This document shows positions 18,398 through 29,046 of a stretch of DNA of 46,677 bases, piece by piece (the stretch's first letter is position 1; each line of letters begins with the position of its first letter). A program made the position numbers and the translations under genes. Where the stretch lies: NCBI GenBank assembly GCA_029550985.1, contig JAKPGH010000268.1:1-46677 (forward strand). The letters are read 5' to 3'. This DNA comes from Bacillota bacterium. Lineage in GTDB: Bacteria > Bacillota > Clostridia > Oscillospirales > Ruminococcaceae. Under the pieces are notes generated by a model. It saw nothing but the letters and a program-made list of their open reading frames with translations, was not told where the DNA came from and did not search any database.

Positions 18398-20105
18398 CCT
18401 TATCTCCTCCCCGATAAGGTATCACCACCTGGATTTTCATACCGTGATTGTAAACGCTTTGCAGTGTAATACCGTATTCTTCCCCATACATCAACTGGAT
18501 GGTGCGGTGCACGTTGTAAAGGCCGATATGCTCGGGCGTTGCGCTGTTATGCTGCAGCATCTGCTGTAGTTCGTACAGCTGCCCGGGGCCTACTCCCTGC
18601 CCGTTGTCCACAATGGTAAAGCAGATTCTATCATCCAGCCGAAATCCCCGCAGCTGCACATACATGTACTCGGCTTTTTCCGCGTTGTGGACAATGCTGT
18701 TTTCAATCAGTGGCTGCAACAGAAGCTTGGGGACTTTGCAATGGAGAAGCTCCGGCTCCACCTCCACCGAGCATTCCAGCCGGGAGCCGTAACGGCTCTT
18801 TTGCAGCATCAGATAGGTTTCGATATACTCAAGGTCTGTGCTCAGCTCGACCTCTACCCGGCCGTAGTTAATGGAATAGCGCATCAGTTTGGAAAGCCCT
18901 ACCACGATACGGCTGGCTTCCTTTGGATCCATGAGGATAACGTACTTTAAATTTTCCAAAAGATTAAAGAGAAAGTGGGGGTTGAATTGACCCTCCAGAT
19001 GGGTAATCTCCATTACCCTGCGCCGTTCGGCCAGCTCCACGTTTTTTTCGATCAGGCCTTGCATTTGGTTCATCATCTCGTTAAAGGCATCGTAAAGCTG
19101 TTGGAATTCCGTAAAAGTATCCGTTGGAATCCGGTAGGAGATGTTACCTTTTTGACATTCGCTGACGGCGGTAAGCAGATTTTGCATGGCCTGCTGGTTT
19201 TTATAAATGGTCTTTTTAGCGGTAAAAAAGATAACCAAAAGAGCCAGCAGGGTAAGGGCTCCCGTGGCAGTGATTGCCGCATAGGTGGAAACGGCGCGGG
19301 TGGAAATATTGCCGAAGGTATATACCTCCAACCCAAATCCGGCGGCGGAGCGGGTGACGTAAAAGGGTTTGCTGTTCAATTCCAGGATCCCTTCTGTCAC
19401 ATGGCGGGAAGCAAAGACGTCGGGCCGCCACTGCATATCCCTTGCCACGCCGTGAAGGGTGGAGGCAATCACCCGGTTTTGAGCATCCACTACCACTACG
19501 CCGTCTACCGGTTCCTGCCAGAGCATCTTTTCCACAGCACTTTCGCCGATGCAAAAAAACAAAAAACCCGCCGCCCTGTTCTGCTGGCGCACCGCCACTG
19601 CAAAATGGCAGATGGTGCTCTGACCACCGCCAAACAACACGTCATCAGCGGCGCAAATTACCGAGCTGGGGCTTTTTTGCAACTGTTCCATACTTCGGTT
19701 AAAGCTGGGGCTGCTCTTGCAGTAGTCCAGGTTCTCCTCCAGCAAATTGCTGTGTATCATCTGCCCGTTGAGATCGGTCAAAAAGTAGTAACAGGGAATG
19801 GGTTGTTGCTGGACCGCCTTTTCCAGCTTGATGCCGGCCGGCCGACTATTTCCCTGGGTTACTGCCTGCAATAAATCCAGATCCACGGAAAATTCCCGCA
19901 TCAATTCATCCAGCTCACCATATATCCGGCGGGTCATGGTGCGGACATGGTCGTTGCTGGACTGGTTGGCCCTTTCCACATAGATTCGGCCTGTGCCCCA
20001 CATTACTGTAATAAGCAAGACAAACAACACCACGACAGTGGCGGCACATCCCACAAAAAACAGTGTCAAATGATGGCAGTATGTGCGGGAACGAAACAGC
20101 TTCAT
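18390..20105 (-). CDS. YesM-type sensor histidine kinase
   Basis: Two TM helices, HAMP region, QFNPHFLFNLLE, LQPLIENSIVH, DNGQG, IGLYNV; GGAGGA RBS. Confidence 0.92.
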   Translation of the reverse strand: MKLFRSRTYCHHLTLFFVGCAATVVVLFVLLITVMWGTGRIYVERANQSSNDHVRTMTRRIYGELDELMREFSVDLDLLQAVTQGNSRPAGIKLEKAVQQQPIPCYYFLTDLNGQMIHSNLLEENLDYCKSSPSFNRSMEQLQKSPSSVICAADDVLFGGGQSTICHFAVAVRQQNRAAGFLFFCIGESAVEKMLWQEPVDGVVVVDAQNRVIASTLHGVARDMQWRPDVFASRHVTEGILELNSKPFYVTRSAAGFGLEVYTFGNISTRAVSTYAAITATGALTLLALLVIFFTAKKTIYKNQQAMQNLLTAVSECQKGNISYRIPTDTFTEFQQLYDAFNEMMNQMQGLIEKNVELAERRRVMEITHLEGQFNPHFLFNLLENLKYVILMDPKEASRIVVGLSKLMRYSINYGRVEVELSTDLEYIETYLMLQKSRYGSRLECSVEVEPELLHCKVPKLLLQPLIENSIVHNAEKAEYMYVQLRGFRLDDRICFTIVDNGQGVGPGQLYELQQMLQHNSATPEHIGLYNVHRTIQLMYGEEYGITLQSVYNHGMKIQVVIPYRGGDKDV

Positions 20106-20217
20106 GTTTTCCTCCTGGAAAATCATGTAACACTATGTTATAATCATACCATAATTTGTAAAACGTGAAAAGATGAAATACAATGGTCGTTCTTAGGTGG
20201 AGAAAGCGCATAGGCAG

Positions 20218-20251
20218 AAAACCCGCTGTCGGATGTGTCCGGCGGCGGGTT
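20218..20251 (-). terminator. Intrinsic terminator after the PHP gene
   Basis: AACCCGCCGCCGGA-CACA-TCCGACAGCGGGTTTT on the minus strand. Confidence 0.7.
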
Positions 20252-20263
20252 GTGCTTAGAGGT

Positions 20264-21004
20264 TCATGATTGGCTTTGGATTCGAAAAGGCTTTCGGCGA
20301 TACTGGTGTAAATAGTAGTCCAGCTGTTCCACGGTGGAATTAATAATCAGCTTTGGAGGGAACTTTAATTCCTCTAAAACGGCAAGAGCCAGACTGTGGT
20401 TGCCCACATCGGTGCAAAAATGGGCGTCGGAGCTGACAGCCACCGGAACCTCGTATTCCATACAGTACCGCAAAATGGAGACATAGTTATCCCGGCTTTC
20501 GGGACGGGAATGGAAGGTGTTGTTGTTGATTTCTACAATCTTGCGGTGTTCTTTAAAGGCTTTGATCACCGGTTCAATCTCAAAGGCAAAACGCAGATCA
20601 CCGCAATGGCCGATCATATCCACATAAGGGTTTTGGGCAATGGCCAGCCAGGCATTGGTATGGGCCTGCACCGTAGCAGGAGGCAGTGTGTAGGGATGCA
20701 TGGAGACAATCACCCAATCCAACCATTCCAAAATAGAATAGTCTACGTCCAGCTTGCCGTTGTAATCGATGATGTTGGCCTCCACCCCCTTTAAAACTCG
20801 CACACCCTCCACCATGGCAGGGAGTTTCTTCTGCTTGGAAATATTCCAAATATGGGGAGAATCGGGAATGGCGGGACCGTGGTCGGTATTGGCCAGAGCA
20901 CAAAAGCCTTTTCGAGCGGCTATGACGATGTTTTCGTACAATGAGCTGTAGGCGTGCTGAGAAGCGTGGGTGTGGGTGTGCAGGTCTGCTACAATGGGAA
21001 TCAT
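20264..21004 (-). CDS. PHP-family phosphatase (YcdX-like)
   Basis: DLHTHT, HAYS, TDHGP, GVEAN, GH, EINN, SSDAH motifs. Confidence 0.9.
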   Translation of the reverse strand: MIPIVADLHTHTHASQHAYSSLYENIVIAARKGFCALANTDHGPAIPDSPHIWNISKQKKLPAMVEGVRVLKGVEANIIDYNGKLDVDYSILEWLDWVIVSMHPYTLPPATVQAHTNAWLAIAQNPYVDMIGHCGDLRFAFEIEPVIKAFKEHRKIVEINNNTFHSRPESRDNYVSILRYCMEYEVPVAVSSDAHFCTDVGNHSLALAVLEELKFPPKLIINSTVEQLDYYLHQYRRKPFRIQSQS

Positions 21005-21201
21005 CGAAAGCCGGGGCTCCTTTCCTAAAACAGATGGGGAAGACTTATCCCATAACGCAATAAAGTTCGGATGCCTTGGTGAAAAACCCAGAACAGTCCA
21101 ACGATTTGTTTTCCTGAGCAGAAGCCGCGGAAGCGTTCCGCCAAGTAGACACTATGGGGAGAACCGGGAGTCCTCCCCATAGTGTCATAGTGCCGGTACT
21201 T

Positions 21202-22443
21202 TTATCTATGGGCGATCCAGTAGTCCCTTACATCTTGAATATTGTGGTAAACGTAGTCAAAGTCGGTAGGCCACAAGGGAATATCCGCCAGTTCCAGATT
21301 GCCTTCGGGGTTGGGGGTTTCGGGACGTACAGGCCAGGTTCCCAGAGTGGCAAAGGGAGAAAAGCCGCGGCCCTTGCCATCTTCGCCGCCCAGCAAATAT
21401 TTAATGAACAATTTGGCGCCATTAGGATGATTGCATTCGTTTACCACGGCCAGGAAGTTCATGGCATAAATTCCGTTGGAAGGGGTCATGGTCAGGGGGG
21501 CGTAATCGATTTTATAACCTTTTTCATCCCGCTGACGCAGTTTGACGGAGGAGGCATAGCCTACGGGAGGATTGGTTTGGCCTGGAGCGCCGACCATTTC
21601 GATCACTTCGTCGGAGCCTTTGGCCATGATGGGATCGTTGGCCAAAAAGCGCTTGATAAAGGCGTGGGCGGCGGTAGGCTCATCGGGTTTCAGCACAATG
21701 TCAGTGCCAAAGTAGTTTTTATAATCTTCGGCCATGTCGTCGGCATGTTGCACCATGGTGGTGAACATGGCCAGATAAGCCATGTTGTCGGCGGCATCTT
21801 GGAAGACAAAACGGCCTTTCCATTCCGGAGTGGTCAACTGCCACCAAGAGGTGAGGGGGCATTCATCGTACACTTCGGTATTGTAGAACCACAGGTTCAG
21901 CTCGAACAAAAGAGGAGTCATGGCCATATACTCTGGGTTCACGTTGGCGAAAATGGATGCCGGCTGATAGTTGTGCAGGATGCCCTCTCCGATGTAATCC
22001 AGCAGATATTCTCCCACCTGTTCTTTGGAGTGAATAATGTCGGCAGTGCGAATACCGGCCTCGTATTCACGAGTGAACTTTTCCATCAATTCGCCAGATG
22101 AGATGTCGTAAGGGGTAAGGGTCATGCCGGGATAGTCTTCCTCAAACATGGCCTTCACCTTTTCCATGCGGCTGGAAATGGTGTAGATGACAACTTCTCC
22201 TCCCTCTTCCAGAGCTTTTTTATAAAGCTCCTCCATCGGCTCGTCCAAATGAAGGCCAACTTGTGTGGCCCAATCGGCAGGGACTTGTTCCGGGGATGCC
22301 TCACTGCTGCTGGAGCTGACGGAAGTGCTCTGGGCGGGAGCCGACCCGGCAGACGGCTGGGGTTCGATCTTCTGGCAGCCTGCAAGGCTCAGTACCAGAC
22401 TCAGGGACAGGACAACGGCGGCAATTCGCTTTAGTTTTTTCAC
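21202..22443 (-). CDS. ABC transporter substrate-binding lipoprotein (AfuA/FbpA-like family)
   Basis: GTG start with GGAGG RBS, lipobox LAGC, EEGGEVVIY, HPNGAKLFIKYLL. Confidence 0.85.
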   Translation of the reverse strand: MKKLKRIAAVVLSLSLVLSLAGCQKIEPQPSAGSAPAQSTSVSSSSSEASPEQVPADWATQVGLHLDEPMEELYKKALEEGGEVVIYTISSRMEKVKAMFEEDYPGMTLTPYDISSGELMEKFTREYEAGIRTADIIHSKEQVGEYLLDYIGEGILHNYQPASIFANVNPEYMAMTPLLFELNLWFYNTEVYDECPLTSWWQLTTPEWKGRFVFQDAADNMAYLAMFTTMVQHADDMAEDYKNYFGTDIVLKPDEPTAAHAFIKRFLANDPIMAKGSDEVIEMVGAPGQTNPPVGYASSVKLRQRDEKGYKIDYAPLTMTPSNGIYAMNFLAVVNECNHPNGAKLFIKYLLGGEDGKGRGFSPFATLGTWPVRPETPNPEGNLELADIPLWPTDFDYVYHNIQDVRDYWIAHR

Positions 22444-22502
22444 CTGTAATACCTCCATTTTTTTAATTTGACGCATCTCAGATGCCTTGGGGAAACAGAG
22501 TC

Positions 22503-23636
22503 TTACTCCTCCGCTTCGGAGGTGGCCCGTTTGATCAGCCTGCCGGTTTCCTTGTGGAAAATGTTGATGGATTCCGGATTGATCTGCATCCAGACAGGTT
22601 GGTCGGCGGCGTAGTTCTTGAGCCCAATCTGTTTGGCCAACAGCTGCACGTCCCCCACCCAAAGCTGCAAGAGGGTTTCGGAACCTGCCGGCATGGCGGA
22701 ATAAATGTTGGCGGGGATACCCGCTGCAGTTTCCTGGCGGGAAATTTCAATCTGCTCGGGGCGGACCCCCACCACACAATCAAACAAACCGTCACCAGGC
22801 ATCTCGTTGGTAAAGGTATCCGCGTTAAACTGGTGGATTCCCAAAACTGATTCCACTGTGAGCAGGTCCCCGGCACGTTGGGCTTTTCCGGGAATAAAAT
22901 TGATTCTGGGGTTTCCGATAAAATCGGCAATACGAAGGGAAGCGGGGTTCTGGTAAACCTCCATAGGGGTGTTCACCTGCTCCAGCACGCCGTCGAAAAA
23001 GATGGCGATTTTGGTGGACATGGTCAAAGCCTCCACCTGATCGTGGGTGACATAAATGATGGTGGCACCCAGTTCCCGGTGAAGCCGCTTAAGTTCGCTG
23101 CGCATATCCACCCGCAACTTGGCATCCAGATTGGACAAAGGCTCATCTAGTAAGAGCACCTTAGGCTCCGAGACAATCGCTCGGGCAATGGCCACCCGCT
23201 GCTGCTGCCCCCCGGAAAGCTCGGACGGGTAGCGCTGGGCAAGCTCACTGATGCGCATCCGCTCCAGGGCATTTTGTACCCGCTGGGCAATTTGAGCCTT
23301 GGGTACCTTTTCGACTTTGAGACCAAAGGCTACATTGTCAAATACCGTCATGTGGGGCCAAAGAGCATAGCTCTGAAACACCAGATTCAGTCCGCGCTTG
23401 GCGGGATCTTCATAAAAGCGCTCTTTGGCGTTGACTACTTCCCGCTCGTCCATATAGATGTTGCCGGATTGCGGCTTTTCCAGTCCCGCAATCACACGCA
23501 GAGTGGTGGTCTTCCCACAGCCGGAAGGTCCCAGCAGGGTCATAAAGTCTCCGTCTTCCACCACCAGGTTCAGGTCTTTTAAAACATGATTGGAGCCATA
23601 GTATTTATTGATTTCGCTCAGCACAATTCTGCTCAT
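22503..23636 (-). CDS. ABC transporter ATP-binding protein (FbpC/PotA-like)
   Basis: GPSGCGKT, LSGGQQQR, LLLDEPLSNLD, YVTHDQ. Confidence 0.95.
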   Translation of the reverse strand: MSRIVLSEINKYYGSNHVLKDLNLVVEDGDFMTLLGPSGCGKTTTLRVIAGLEKPQSGNIYMDEREVVNAKERFYEDPAKRGLNLVFQSYALWPHMTVFDNVAFGLKVEKVPKAQIAQRVQNALERMRISELAQRYPSELSGGQQQRVAIARAIVSEPKVLLLDEPLSNLDAKLRVDMRSELKRLHRELGATIIYVTHDQVEALTMSTKIAIFFDGVLEQVNTPMEVYQNPASLRIADFIGNPRINFIPGKAQRAGDLLTVESVLGIHQFNADTFTNEMPGDGLFDCVVGVRPEQIEISRQETAAGIPANIYSAMPAGSETLLQLWVGDVQLLAKQIGLKNYAADQPVWMQINPESINIFHKETGRLIKRATSEAEE

Positions 23637-23643
23637 ATGACAT

Positions 23644-25539
23644 TTAACCTCCCAATCCACCCGCAATATTGGCGTTAAAGAATTTGTTTGCAACCCAATA
23701 CACCAGGAATACAATCAAAAACATGACAATGGCCACACAGTTGGAAAGCTGCGTAACGCCTTCCGCCGAATAAGTGTAAGCCATGTAAGGCAGAGTGGTT
23801 TGGTCGGGAGTCATCAGAATGACAATCAGGTCCAGCTCCTTCATGATGCTGATAAAAATTAGCATAAAGCCGCTCATGAACCCGTTTTTGGAAAGAGGGA
23901 AGATGATCTTGGCAAACCGGGTAGGAAATCCTGCGCCGGCAATTTGCGCCGCCTCTTCCAGCTCGACGGAAATCTGCATCATGTTGGAGGTGCCCGCCCG
24001 GGAGGCAAAGGGAAGATGCTTGACAATGCTTACCAGTACCAGTACGGTAAAGGTGCCGTACAGGGCCGGAATTAAGGTGATGCGGTATCCCAGAATATCC
24101 ACCGTGGTGCTGGAGGCAAACATGGAAAGGTACATGGCACCAAAGGCGATGGAGGGAATCAGGTAAGGGATAAATACCAGCTGCTCCACCAACCGGCCCG
24201 AGCGCAGGTGCCGGCCGCGGGAATTGATATAGCCCAGCAACTGGCCGCAGATGGTGGCAATCAGAGAAGTCACAATCACCAGCTTGAGGGTGTTGCGCAC
24301 ATAATGCCAGAACTTGGGGTTGTTAAAAATGCCGGGCAGCCCGTCGTAAATCATGGGGTCGGGCTTGCCGATCCAGTAATGGAGGGTAAAGTTGGAAAGC
24401 CCGTAATCCCCCACCCGCAGCATAAAGGTTTGATAGAGCAGAATAACCAATGGAAGAAATACGGCAAATACAATGAACAGCAGCAGCAGGATGGTGAGAG
24501 GCACCTTCCACTTTCCCAGCTGCAGGAGGGTGCTGTGCCCTCCCTTACCCCCGATGGTGGCATAGGATTTACGGGTTCCAATCAGCTTTTGGTTGATGAA
24601 AATATTGATGGATGCGATGACAATCAAAATTATGCTGATAGTGTAGCCCAAATTTGTCTGCTGGTTTTTAATGGTGCTGTGGAGCATGGTGGATATGGTG
24701 TAGTAGTTTACCTTAAGACCCAAAAACGACGGAACCCCGAAGGTGCCCATGGATTTGGAAAACGTAAGGATGACCGAAGACAAAATGGCAGGGAGCACCA
24801 GCGGAAAAGTGATGCTTTTGAGGATGTGAGGTTTGCTGGCCCCCAAAATTTCTCCCATTTCCTCCAGTTCCGAGTTGACCGAGCGCAAGGCCGCCGAAAC
24901 CAATAAATAGGCATAGGCGTAATAATGGATGCAGAGCACCGCCACAATAGCGACCGGTCCGTACGCCAGCCAGTCGGGAGTCTGAATCCCCAGATAATTG
25001 AGAAAGCCCTGAGTACCGCCAATGCGCTCGTTTTTAAAGATGGTAATCCACGCCATGGATTTGCACCAGGAGGGCAACATGTAGGGCATAATGACTGCCA
25101 GAGAGAAAAAGCGCTTAAAGGGCAAGTCGGTGCGGACCAACAGCCACGCAATAATGGCTCCCAGACTCACGCCGATGGTCGAAGTGGAAATTGCGATCAG
25201 AAAGGAATTAAACAATGGCTGATACAGCATTTTTTTGGCGATGCTGCTGGTGAGAATCTGCTTCCAATAGTAAAGGGTAAACTGCCCCACCCGCGCATCT
25301 CCCCCCAGCCTGCGGACGTCTGCTTTGGCTAGGCTAAAAGTGGTGCGGATCATTTCCATCAGCGGCACTGCGATAAAATATGTAAGCAACACAATAGCCG
25401 CCAGCGCCAAGAGATTATACGGATTGGTAACCGCATTGTGCACCATGTTTTTATACTTCCGCCACCGGGAATAAGGACGGGATTGTGGCAGGCCCGACGG
25501 ATGCCGCGCCGGAACCTGCACCTGCATTTCTGAAATCAT
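23644..25539 (-). CDS. ABC transporter permease (FbpB/AfuB-like, duplicated TM domain)
   Basis: Two EAA-like loops (ELEEMGEILGA, ELEEAAQIAGA), many TM helices. Confidence 0.92.
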   Translation of the reverse strand: MISEMQVQVPARHPSGLPQSRPYSRWRKYKNMVHNAVTNPYNLLALAAIVLLTYFIAVPLMEMIRTTFSLAKADVRRLGGDARVGQFTLYYWKQILTSSIAKKMLYQPLFNSFLIAISTSTIGVSLGAIIAWLLVRTDLPFKRFFSLAVIMPYMLPSWCKSMAWITIFKNERIGGTQGFLNYLGIQTPDWLAYGPVAIVAVLCIHYYAYAYLLVSAALRSVNSELEEMGEILGASKPHILKSITFPLVLPAILSSVILTFSKSMGTFGVPSFLGLKVNYYTISTMLHSTIKNQQTNLGYTISIILIVIASINIFINQKLIGTRKSYATIGGKGGHSTLLQLGKWKVPLTILLLLFIVFAVFLPLVILLYQTFMLRVGDYGLSNFTLHYWIGKPDPMIYDGLPGIFNNPKFWHYVRNTLKLVIVTSLIATICGQLLGYINSRGRHLRSGRLVEQLVFIPYLIPSIAFGAMYLSMFASSTTVDILGYRITLIPALYGTFTVLVLVSIVKHLPFASRAGTSNMMQISVELEEAAQIAGAGFPTRFAKIIFPLSKNGFMSGFMLIFISIMKELDLIVILMTPDQTTLPYMAYTYSAEGVTQLSNCVAIVMFLIVFLVYWVANKFFNANIAGGLGG

Positions 25540-25628
25540 CTTCTCTCAACCTTCCTTTTTTGAGATTCTGACATCTGGTGCCTGATTTTCTGGCGTGTTT
25601 TCATTTTGTTTTGTCTACCTTCGGTCGC

Positions 25629-26669
25629 TTAACTGACATGAATCAGGGGGTCGTCCTGCTCGCCGTGGGCGATGATGAGAGCGGCCAAATCCTCGGAAAC
25701 TTTAAACAAGTCCATGCCTTTGGTAAAGGGCAGGCAGGTGCCGCTGGGATACCGGATTTTTTCCATCCACGGCGCGGGAATGGCCTTGGCCCCCAGCTTG
25801 GCCCCCAATATGGCTCCGGTTACAGCGCCGATGGTGTCGGCATCCCGGCCATAGTTGCAGCCCAGCATCATGCCTTTGGTAAAACTTTGATGCTCCATGC
25901 GCACAATGGCAAAGGCGGCGGTAATGGCCTCCGGCACGGCGGACTTATAGGTGCAAAAGAGCTGGTCGTGTAAAGGCACCCAGGCTTTGAATGGGTCGTA
26001 ACCAGTTTCCTTAAGAATGTTGTCGGCTCGGCGCATGGTCTCCGCAAACCAGGAGTTGGAAGGGATTACCTTGTGGACTTCTGCCATAATCTGGTCCATA
26101 TCCGCATCCACCATAGCCATGGAGATCGCCACTGCGACAGCCTGGGCCCCCCATACGCCGTCTCTGCTGTGACTGACCGAGGCATCTATCGCTGCCAGAC
26201 GGGCAGCACGCTGGGGCTCCCCCGCGCAGATGATGCCGATAGGGCAGCAGCGCATGGCGGCGCCATCGGAATATCCGTGGGCGGTAAAGCGGCCGCTGTC
26301 GGGAGGGCGCAATCCCCGGCGCAGATTCCAAGCGGCTTCGGTAGAACCCAATCCCCCGCGCTTCAGGTTTGTCTCCGATACCACATGTTCCATCCATAGT
26401 TCGACAATGCTGTCGCTATCTAACTTGCCCTGATTTTGAATGAGGGCTTGGGCGGTAAGCAGGGCAAATTCCGTGTCATCGGTGCTCCAAGCGTCTTGGC
26501 TGGGAAAATCCAGGGATATGCCGTAGTTGCTTTGTATATCTGCCTGTCGGCCGGCGTCCCCCAAGGAGTCGCCAATGGCCAATCCACACAGAGCCCCTTT
26601 AGCTTTATCCAGAGCATAGGCTGGGTGATCAATGAGATATTGCCTGCTTTTCATAGGGCTTTCCTCCAC
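25629..26669 (-). CDS. ADP-ribosylglycohydrolase family protein
   Basis: GLAIGDSLG, STDDTE, SDGAAMR, GRDADTIGA motifs; start uncertain (26669 GTG or 26654 ATG). Confidence 0.92.
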   Translation of the reverse strand: MEESPMKSRQYLIDHPAYALDKAKGALCGLAIGDSLGDAGRQADIQSNYGISLDFPSQDAWSTDDTEFALLTAQALIQNQGKLDSDSIVELWMEHVVSETNLKRGGLGSTEAAWNLRRGLRPPDSGRFTAHGYSDGAAMRCCPIGIICAGEPQRAARLAAIDASVSHSRDGVWGAQAVAVAISMAMVDADMDQIMAEVHKVIPSNSWFAETMRRADNILKETGYDPFKAWVPLHDQLFCTYKSAVPEAITAAFAIVRMEHQSFTKGMMLGCNYGRDADTIGAVTGAILGAKLGAKAIPAPWMEKIRYPSGTCLPFTKGMDLFKVSEDLAALIIAHGEQDDPLIHVS

Positions 26670-26830
26670 GAGAGCTTATTCTTCTTCTATTTTATTGCAA
26701 ATTATAGCACGGGCTTTTAGGGGACACTATCCTAGGATTTTACATAATTGTCTGCAATAATGCACGTTTATTAGCTGGTTCCGTGCCCTTTTCTTCTGCG
26801 CTTTGCAGGGTGAAAGGGTTGGGGCCAAAG

Positions 26831-26871
26831 AGAATCCCCCAAGGCACCATAATGGTGTCTTGGGGGATTCT
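26831..26871. terminator. Terminator hairpin downstream of the second feoB
   Basis: AGAATCCCCCAAGGCACCAT/ATGGTGTCTTGGGGGATTCT inverted repeat. Confidence 0.8.
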
Positions 26872-26895
26872 TTATGGCTATGAAGATAAGCCGGC

Positions 26896-29034
26896 TTAAA
26901 TGAGCTTGCCTACGGCGGCGACAACAGTGCACAGCAACATGCCAATCAACACCGGAATAGCAAACGCCGCCAAAGTCCATTTGATGCTTCCGGTTTCCTT
27001 TTTGATGGTGAGCAATGTGGTGGAACAGGGGAAGTGAAAGAGGCAGAAGATGGCGGTACACAACGCCGTCACCCAGGTCCAGCCGTTGGCGGCAAACAGG
27101 GCGTGAAGTTGGGCAATTCCACCCACCTCCACCAGCGCCCCGCCCGAAACATACCCCATGACGATGATGGGCAACACAATTTCGTTGGCGGGAATCCCCA
27201 GGATGAAAGCCATGAGGATGATGCCGTCCATCCCCAGGAATCTGGCAAAGGGGTCCAGGAAACCGGCGCAAAGGGCCAGCAGACTGCGGTCTCCGACCGT
27301 GACGTTTGCCATCACCCAAAGGAACATCCCCGCCGGAGCAGCAACCGCCACCGCCCGCCCCAGCACAAAGAGAGTGCGGTCCAACAGGGAGCGGACAATG
27401 ATTTGACCTACCTGAGGTTTGCGATAGGGAGGCATTTCCAAGGTAAAGGAAGAGGGGACTCCCCGCAGCAGAGTTTTGGAGAGAAAGTGGGAGGCAAGCA
27501 GGGTGGCAACCACTCCCAGCACCAGAAACCCCGCCAGCAGAAGGGCGGACAATACGGAGCCCACGCCTTGGGACACATAGCCGGCCAGCATGATGCCGAT
27601 GAGGGTAATCAGCATGGGAAAGCGGCCGTTACAGGGAACCAGCGAGTTGGTGAGGATGGCAATCAGCCGCTCCCGAGGGGAATCGATGATGCGGCATCCG
27701 GTCACTCCGGCGGCGTTGCAGCCAAAGCCCATGCAAAGGGTCAGCGCCTGTTTGCCGCAGGCCCCCGCCTTTTTAAAGCTGTGGTCCAGATTAAAGGCTA
27801 TGCGAGGCAGATAGCCCACATCCTCCAGCAGAGTGAACAGCGGGAAAAAGATGGCCATGGGAGGCAACATGACGCTGACCACCCATCCCAGAGAGCGAAC
27901 CATTCCTTCCACCAGCAGGCCGTGAAGCCAGCGTGGCGCATGGAGATATGTAAACAGGCGTGTTAGGGCTTCTTCCAATTGGTTAAAGAGGAATGCAAGG
28001 CCCTGAGAAGGAATGTTGGCTCCGGCAATGCTGATCCACAGCGCGCCAAACAGCAGCAGAATCATCAGAGGAACGCCCAACAGCCGCCCGGTCAGCAGCC
28101 GGTCCAGCTTGCGGTCCCGCTCCCGGCAGCGACAGGGGATGGTGCACACTTCCGCGGCAATGGTTTCCGCCATCAGAACAATGCACCGCACCATTACATC
28201 CCCCAGTTTTGACTCCTCCACGCCGCTGTCCAAAATGGTCCGGCGAGCGGCGGCCACCTGCTCAAGCAAAGCAGCCGTTTCTTCCTCATTTAAATCGGCA
28301 ACCGCTAAAATGCGGCGGGCCAGAGTTTCCTCCCCTTCGATGAGGCGTAGGGCGGCCCAGCGGGAGGGCAATTTCCCCTCCAAGTACCGTTCCAGCAGCG
28401 GTTGGAGCGATTGAATGGCCTGTTCGATTACCTGGGTGTACCGCACCGCAACCGGATGGCATTCCGTCTGCCCCTCGGTGAGGGACTCTACAGCCGTCAT
28501 CAATTCCTCAAGGCCGTGGCCTTTCCGGGCGCTGGTCCCCACCACCGGAATCCCCAGTTTTTGGGACAATTTTTTCAGGTCAACGGAAATTCCCACCCGT
28601 TTGGCTTCGTCCATTAAGTTGACGCAGAGCACCACTTTGGGGGTGATTTCCAATGTCTGCAGCACCAGATTGAGGTTTCGCTCCAGGCAGGTGGCGTCGG
28701 CCACCACCACGGTGGCGTCGGCTCCGCCAAAACAGAGGAAGTCCCGAGCGATTTCTTCCTCTATGGAGTTGGAAAGGAGGGAATAGGTGCCGGGCAGGTC
28801 CACAATCCGGTAGTCGTTATCGCCCTTGCGGTAAACTCCTTGGGCGTTGGTCACCGTTTTGCCCGGCCAGTTGCCGGTATGCTGGCGCAATCCGGTCAAC
28901 GCGTTGAACACCGTGCTTTTTCCCACGTTGGGGTTTCCAGCCAAAGCAATGAGCCTTTCCTGGGGATGTGCCTTTTCTATGACGGCCACATCCGGCTTGG
29001 CGCTTGCACGAATAGCGGCAGTTGTCATACCCAT
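26896..29034 (-). CDS. feoB: Ferrous iron transport protein B (second paralogue)
   Basis: GNPNVGKS, GNWPGKTV, DLPG, NLMD, GFGCNA, VPCNGR, FHFPC. Confidence 0.95.
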   Translation of the reverse strand: MGMTTAAIRASAKPDVAVIEKAHPQERLIALAGNPNVGKSTVFNALTGLRQHTGNWPGKTVTNAQGVYRKGDNDYRIVDLPGTYSLLSNSIEEEIARDFLCFGGADATVVVADATCLERNLNLVLQTLEITPKVVLCVNLMDEAKRVGISVDLKKLSQKLGIPVVGTSARKGHGLEELMTAVESLTEGQTECHPVAVRYTQVIEQAIQSLQPLLERYLEGKLPSRWAALRLIEGEETLARRILAVADLNEEETAALLEQVAAARRTILDSGVEESKLGDVMVRCIVLMAETIAAEVCTIPCRCRERDRKLDRLLTGRLLGVPLMILLLFGALWISIAGANIPSQGLAFLFNQLEEALTRLFTYLHAPRWLHGLLVEGMVRSLGWVVSVMLPPMAIFFPLFTLLEDVGYLPRIAFNLDHSFKKAGACGKQALTLCMGFGCNAAGVTGCRIIDSPRERLIAILTNSLVPCNGRFPMLITLIGIMLAGYVSQGVGSVLSALLLAGFLVLGVVATLLASHFLSKTLLRGVPSSFTLEMPPYRKPQVGQIIVRSLLDRTLFVLGRAVAVAAPAGMFLWVMANVTVGDRSLLALCAGFLDPFARFLGMDGIILMAFILGIPANEIVLPIIVMGYVSGGALVEVGGIAQLHALFAANGWTWVTALCTAIFCLFHFPCSTTLLTIKKETGSIKWTLAAFAIPVLIGMLLCTVVAAVGKLI

Positions 29035-29046
29035 GGATACAACCTC

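Noticed and set aside
15623-26669. Element extending rightwards from the recombinase to include the two-component/ABC locus
   Set aside because: The att core and the cwlJ 5' part lie immediately after the recombinase, so the element extends leftwards only
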